Shown: positions 59,781 through 64,000 of the stretch, piece by piece | Layout of the letters: every line of letters begins with the position of its first letter | Position numbering within the stretch: the stretch's first letter is position 1 | NCBI GenBank assembly: GCA_017309115.1 | Contig: JAFLEF010000035.1 | Location: forward strand, 7,843-71,842 | Reading direction: 5' to 3' | Length of the DNA: 64,000 nucleotides | From: Verrucomicrobiota bacterium | GTDB taxonomy: Bacteria; Verrucomicrobiota; Verrucomicrobiia; Limisphaerales; UBA9464 | Made by a program: the position numbers and the translations under genes | Notes under the pieces: model-generated | The model's input: only the letters and a program-made list of their open reading frames with translations | What the model was told of the DNA's origin: nothing | Databases searched by the model: none

Positions 59781-60080
59781 GATAGAGCGACGCTCCGCGG
59801 AGCCGTTCGCGTCCCGGCGAAATGACGCGTCACGACACCACCCCCGCACGGCCCCGCTGAGCGTCGCCCCACCAAATTTGGGGTGCGGCAGCGAAGCCTG
59901 CGTAGCTTCCGCTTTCCGTCTCGGCTGCTGACGCGTCGAACCACTCCAACCCTCACCCGCCCTCCACGCGCCCCAAAGCGCCAAAGCGCCAAAGCGCCAG
60001 AGGGCTAGAGGGCTAGAGCACCTCAAACGCTTCGCGCTCCCCTGTTCTTCCTTCGCCCTTACCGCTTACCCCTTACCCGC
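59781..60080 (+). repeat. Composite intergenic repeat: A (59781-59873), B (59877-59949), expanded C with internal tandem 8-mers (59950-60038), degenerate D (60055-60080)
   Basis: GATAGAGCGACGCTCCGCGGAGCCG ... CGGCCCCGCTGAGCGTCGCCCCACC (25-nt inverted arms); TTTGGGGTGCGGCAGCGAAGCCTGCGTAGCTTCCGC..GACGCGTCGAACCACTCCAA; CCCTCACCCGCCCTCCACGCGCCCCAAAGCGCCAAAGCGCCAAAGCGCCAGAGGGCTAGAGGGCTAGAGC; CCCTTACCGCTTACCCCTTACCCGC. Confidence 0.85.
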
Positions 60081-60195
60081 ATTTCCCGTGTCTCTTTTTT
60101 CTCAGAGTGGGCGAATGACAGCGAAAACGCGGATCTCGCAAGTTGGACTTCTCACCCACCGTGGCAGTTGAAAGGCTTGGCGCCTGTTTTGTTCC

Positions 60196-61314
60196 ATGCG
60201 TCTAAAACATCTTCACTTCTCTGCTCTCATTCTGTCGTCCCTGTGCGGTCTGCTGACCCAGGCTCACGAAGGAACCGATGGCCACTCCCACGAAGCCGCG
60301 CCGCTGGCGTTGCCCTTCATCACCGAGAAAAAAGGACCCATTCGCGCTCCGAAGGCGATCCGACTCGAACCCGGAACCAAGACAACCGGCCAGGGATTCT
60401 GGACCTTCGTCGCCGCCCCGGAACTGGTCCCCGTGCCACCCGCCGCCGAACCCTTCGTGAAGGGTGCCCACGGAACAGTGATCTACGATGAACCCCGCGA
60501 TATCGTGTATTGGGGCCTCAAAGGTGTTGGGTTCATCGGCTTCAGCAATCAGCTGAGCCAGTCGTGGATCGTGCCCAATCCCACCTTCGCTCGGGGCAAT
60601 ATCCATGGCGCCGATCTCATCCAACGCACCGGTCAACCGCCGCTGATCATCGCCGCCGACAATGAACAGGGCCAAGTCCACCTGACGGACACCACTTTCC
60701 AAAACGTCGCCAGCCTGGGGATTCCCCCGCTCGCGCCCTACGCCGACGGCAAAGGCTACGCCCCGACCGACGCCACGTTCGTCGGCCTCGACCAAATCTG
60801 GGTCACCGACGGCTACGGCAAAGCCTTCTTCATGCCCGCCACCGTTTCGCCGCTGCAATTCACCGGCGAATTCTTCGGCGGCAAGGCGATGTCCGGCACG
60901 CCGCACGGCCTCACCTACGATCCTCGCACCAAGTCGCTCCTCATCTCCGCGCGTCCGGAAGGTCGGGTACTGCAATGGGGCTTGAAGGACAAAAAGCTCG
61001 CCGCGATCGATGGTCTTCCTCCTGGCAGCACGGTGTGTGACGTCGATGTCTGGGGCGATTACGCCCTCGCCCCGTGCCTCAATGACACCGACAAAACCAA
61101 GGCCGGTCCGATCTTCATCATCAACCTCAAGAAGCGCGCGGTGGTGGCCACGCTCCGCCCCAAGGATGACCTGACCTACCGCACCGCCCAAAGCATTCAC
61201 GACGCCTGCTGGTATGTGACTGGCAAGGGTCGGCAGAAGGAAGTCTATGTCGTCTTCACCGCCTGGAATCCCGGCGGCATCGGCGCGCTGAAGCTCGTCA
61301 ACGTCGCCCAATAA
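60196..61314 (+). CDS. Secreted hypothetical protein (possibly beta-propeller fold)
   Basis: 372 aa with signal peptide MRLKHLHFSALILSSLCGLLTQAHE and a His-rich stretch GTDGHSHEA. Coding-like throughout. The fold assignment is a guess from alternating beta-strand-like segments. The antisense ORF 60202-61311 is a shadow. Confidence 0.7.
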   Translation: MRLKHLHFSALILSSLCGLLTQAHEGTDGHSHEAAPLALPFITEKKGPIRAPKAIRLEPGTKTTGQGFWTFVAAPELVPVPPAAEPFVKGAHGTVIYDEPRDIVYWGLKGVGFIGFSNQLSQSWIVPNPTFARGNIHGADLIQRTGQPPLIIAADNEQGQVHLTDTTFQNVASLGIPPLAPYADGKGYAPTDATFVGLDQIWVTDGYGKAFFMPATVSPLQFTGEFFGGKAMSGTPHGLTYDPRTKSLLISARPEGRVLQWGLKDKKLAAIDGLPPGSTVCDVDVWGDYALAPCLNDTDKTKAGPIFIINLKKRAVVATLRPKDDLTYRTAQSIHDACWYVTGKGRQKEVYVVFTAWNPGGIGALKLVNVAQ

Positions 61315-61329
61315 CCCGTTCCTTCGTAT

Positions 61330-61362
61330 CGGCCCGCCCTCGGCTTTGTCCGGAGGCGGGCC
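61330..61362. terminator. Hairpin between convergent genes (candidate bidirectional terminator)
   Basis: CGGCCCGCCCTCGG (61330-61343) / CCGGAGGCGGGCCG (61349-61362). GC-rich imperfect stem with a CTTTGT loop and no clear U-tract. Confidence 0.45.
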
Positions 61363-61368
61363 GTTACC

Positions 61369-64000
61369 TTACGGATTAACCGTCAGACGGACCGGAGTGC
61401 TCGTGACGGTGTGCCCCAAGGAATCCACCTGCACCGCAAACTCGGCGCCTTGGTCCGTCAGTGCGGCATTGGCGAGCGTGTATCGGCTCCCAGTGGCTCC
61501 GGGGATGGGCTGACCGTTGCGGAGCCACTGAAACTTCAGCGGTGCCAGGCCGTTGACCTCGGCCTCCCACCCGGCCGTTTGTCCCACGTTCACGGTGACC
61601 GGTTCGGGCACGCGCACGAACTGCAGCGCCACCGCCGAACCGCGCAGGGCCAGAGTCCCTTCCCGCAACGGTTCCTGTTCCCGACCCGGCTGCAGTTGCC
61701 CCGGCACGTGCCAGGTGAAACCTACAAAATCGGGCCCGCCGACATCGACGGAACGCGCCTCGTACCAATACCGCCGGCCCGCTTCGAGCCGAATGGGAAC
61801 CGACCGATTCTCCGGCGCTGTCAGGTCCCGACGCTCCCGTCCGCTCCAATCGCGATAGCCATTGAACAGCGGCTCCCGCGCCACCAACTGCGCTCCTTCC
61901 GGCCGGTCATCGGAGCTCAACCAGAGTTCGCCCTGATCGTCCGAAGCCAAGTGAAACACATAGTCGCCGGTCAACGGCGGCACCACGCAGCCGGTCAGAC
62001 GCTGACCAAAGCGATCAAAGGAATTCGCCGTCTCCGTGAGGGTCCAGAGCGAGGCCTTATCCGGGGATGCAGGATACTTCGAATTTGACGTCAGCTGATC
62101 GACGGAACCATTGGCAAGACTGGGCAGATTGTAGATTTCCCACTGCGTGAGACCGGCGCCATCGGGAGCGTGGTACGTCGCGAGGAACTTCCCAGCGATC
62201 ACTCCCGCCGCCGTGCCCACCGGCCGATCCCAAAAGGTCACTCCGTCGGCCACTGCGTCGGCTGGAACAAACACCAGGTGATTCATTCCCAACATCAGGG
62301 AAAAACTTCCCGCACCACTGATTCGCACCGTCGCTTCGCCACCCAATTCGACTTCCACCGGCGCCCCGTTCGTCGCCGTGAGCGGCACCATGGCCCAGGG
62401 CGTGTTAACGAAGGTCCGCGGCAAAACGAATTCGCCCCAGGGCGCCACGACTTGATTCGAAGTTCCCGCGCCGGCAATGACCTGGCCCAAGGCTGCCCGC
62501 GATTCGGCATCCCGGGACGGGGTCATCCGCGCGAACACCCGATAGCGTCCCGACGGAAAGGTCCGAGTGTAGTTTCGCCATTCGTTCGTTCCGATTAGGG
62601 CCCGCAACGCGAAGTCCTGGGTCACGCTCCAATCCCCGCGCAGCGGATCGTTCACGACATCGAAGTTCAGGAATCCCCCGCCGAACGGACGATATTTCAC
62701 GCTCGGATCAGGCTGACCCCGCTGAGCCCAGTCGATGCCGCGAACGCTGTTGAGATTCGAATACCCGCCGCCGAAGTACGGCATCACACTGGCTGCCGAA
62801 AGCGTCTTCCCGCCGTCGAAGTCCCAATCCTCCGCCTCGATCACAAAGTTGTCCCGACCCAGCAACGACCAACTGAAGGCGAAGTGCTCGTCGCTGCCGA
62901 AGAACTTGTGGCGCGCTTCCACGAAGTACCGCTTCCCCGCCTCCAGGCGAATCGCCCCCGGGCTGCCGGCGTTCTGCCAGATGTAGCGGGAGATCTGACC
63001 CTGCGCCGTTCGAGCCACCGGCCGGAGGTTCTCCGGAGAGTCATCCGTGCTGACGAGCAGTTCCCCTTCCCGACCCGCTTCCACCCAAAACAGATAGTCG
63101 CCCGTTACCGGCGGCACGATCCAGCCCACCAAGCGCTGACCGGAACTGAAGAAGGCGTTGTAGAACTGCCGCACGCCTTCAACCGGCACTTCGCCCGTTG
63201 TCACGAAGTCCACCATCTCCGGACGCCGCGGATAGCGCGGATCCGCCAGGAAGTTGGCCAGTGTCGAATTGGGAACGCCGCCCGCACCCAGATAAACCTC
63301 GCGCCGCAACCAACCCACGCCACTGCGCAAGCTGTAGAACGTGGCACCCGATCCGGGCGCCAATTCGTTCCGCTCCCGGGAGGCATCGCGAACGCCGGAC
63401 ACCGTCAGCCGATACTCCGTGGCCTCCGCCAGACGCGTCGTTTCCAGTAATACTTCGTCGCCCGACGGCTGCAGTTCCGCCCGCAACACCCGGGCGCCCC
63501 GATCGAGCTGATAATTGGCGGCGACTTCCGCGCTCAGTTCTTCGACCGCTTCCGAGAACTTCACCCGCACGTGACGGAACGACGGTTCCGCACTGGGCAA
63601 CAGCAGGAAGGGCCGCACCGAATCACGATACGGACGCCACGCCGTCGCCGGAATAACCTGCTTCGCCACTCCCGGTCCGGACCAGCGCAAGGCCAACTCG
63701 CCTCCGCCTCCTTCCGCGAAGGTCTGGAACTCCACCTGCACCTCGAGTTCGCCCGCCGCCAAGGTCAGTTCCGTACTTTCCTCCACCCGGGAATGATCGA
63801 CCCAATTCTCCAGGATCAACTGGCGATTCACCCACAGCCGCCCCCGCCCGGCGGAGGTTAGGGAGAACGTGAACGTTCCCGGCGTCTCCACTCGGAGTTG
63901 CCCGCGCCAGCGAATCGATCGCGCCGCTCCTGCGGGGAAACTCACCAACACCGTCGGATCCAACCGTTCTTCCAGCGGTCCACCAAATCCCAGACCCAGG
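61369..64000 (-). CDS. Large secreted protein with three PA14-like domains and a C-terminal Ig-like (I-set) domain (partial; 5' end beyond the right edge)
   Basis: The frame stays open from 63963 to 64000, and the track M at 63963 is a TTG. PA14-like segments are GTFTFSLTSAGRGRLWVNRQLILENW, GDYLFWVEAGREGELLVSTDDSPENLRPV and GDYVFHLASDDQGELWLSSDDRPEGAQLV. The C-terminal Ig-like segment is LKFQWLRNGQPIPGATGSRYTLANAALTDQGAEFAVQV. Confidence 0.85.
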   Translation of the reverse strand, partial: LGLGFGGPLEERLDPTVLVSFPAGAARSIRWRGQLRVETPGTFTFSLTSAGRGRLWVNRQLILENWVDHSRVEESTELTLAAGELEVQVEFQTFAEGGGGELALRWSGPGVAKQVIPATAWRPYRDSVRPFLLLPSAEPSFRHVRVKFSEAVEELSAEVAANYQLDRGARVLRAELQPSGDEVLLETTRLAEATEYRLTVSGVRDASRERNELAPGSGATFYSLRSGVGWLRREVYLGAGGVPNSTLANFLADPRYPRRPEMVDFVTTGEVPVEGVRQFYNAFFSSGQRLVGWIVPPVTGDYLFWVEAGREGELLVSTDDSPENLRPVARTAQGQISRYIWQNAGSPGAIRLEAGKRYFVEARHKFFGSDEHFAFSWSLLGRDNFVIEAEDWDFDGGKTLSAASVMPYFGGGYSNLNSVRGIDWAQRGQPDPSVKYRPFGGGFLNFDVVNDPLRGDWSVTQDFALRALIGTNEWRNYTRTFPSGRYRVFARMTPSRDAESRAALGQVIAGAGTSNQVVAPWGEFVLPRTFVNTPWAMVPLTATNGAPVEVELGGEATVRISGAGSFSLMLGMNHLVFVPADAVADGVTFWDRPVGTAAGVIAGKFLATYHAPDGAGLTQWEIYNLPSLANGSVDQLTSNSKYPASPDKASLWTLTETANSFDRFGQRLTGCVVPPLTGDYVFHLASDDQGELWLSSDDRPEGAQLVAREPLFNGYRDWSGRERRDLTAPENRSVPIRLEAGRRYWYEARSVDVGGPDFVGFTWHVPGQLQPGREQEPLREGTLALRGSAVALQFVRVPEPVTVNVGQTAGWEAEVNGLAPLKFQWLRNGQPIPGATGSRYTLANAALTDQGAEFAVQVDSLGHTVTSTPVRLTVNP

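Overview
This is a visibly GC-rich bacterial chromosomal window. The gene content points to the PVC superphylum, most likely Verrucomicrobiota (inference). Supporting genes are a PEP-CTERM protein, an HAF-repeat protein, autotransporter-associated beta-strand (PATR) repeats, a PVC-type heme-binding dehydrogenase and several ECF sigma/anti-sigma pairs. I found no rRNA, tRNA, CRISPR array, transposase or integrase by eye.

Secure housekeeping calls are eno, guaA, moeA, a WecA/MraY-type transferase and two GT4 glycosyltransferases. A tightly coupled minus-strand string encodes MFP, RND pump, AraC(PocR), a P1B-4 ATPase and a P450, opposite a divergent arsR.

Close to half of the window is taken up by seven very large secreted proteins:
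- 1-2522 (partial)
- 4329-9530
- 9551-15961
- 26608-30330
- 36056-38758
- 39799-45307
- 61369-64000 (partial)

The most unusual signals are:
- (a) Two convergent giant paralogs carry about 24 copies of an uncharacterised ND-F...EPGEP...WWxWTAPxSG module. They are bracketed by a 49-nt near-identical promoter/leader/start-codon duplication. One of them starts with a reprolysin-like domain whose zinc site is fully substituted.
- (b) A modular, hairpin-rich intergenic repeat family (modules A-B-C-D, ending in CCGCTTN heptamer arrays) occupies six intergenic sites.
- (c) A surface-protein locus at 36-45.3 kb contains a C39-like peptidase-PATR fusion, a PEP-CTERM protein and a frameshifted, lower-GC 1.87k-aa beta-helix/TSP3/LamG/C25-like giant.
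- (d) The string TPR protein, ECF sigma, RskA-like anti-sigma and 1.2k-aa beta-propeller has a paralogous TPR copy elsewhere in the window.

Many long ORFs in the supplied track are antisense shadows of real genes, which is typical at high GC. The track also renders GTG/TTG starts as M.
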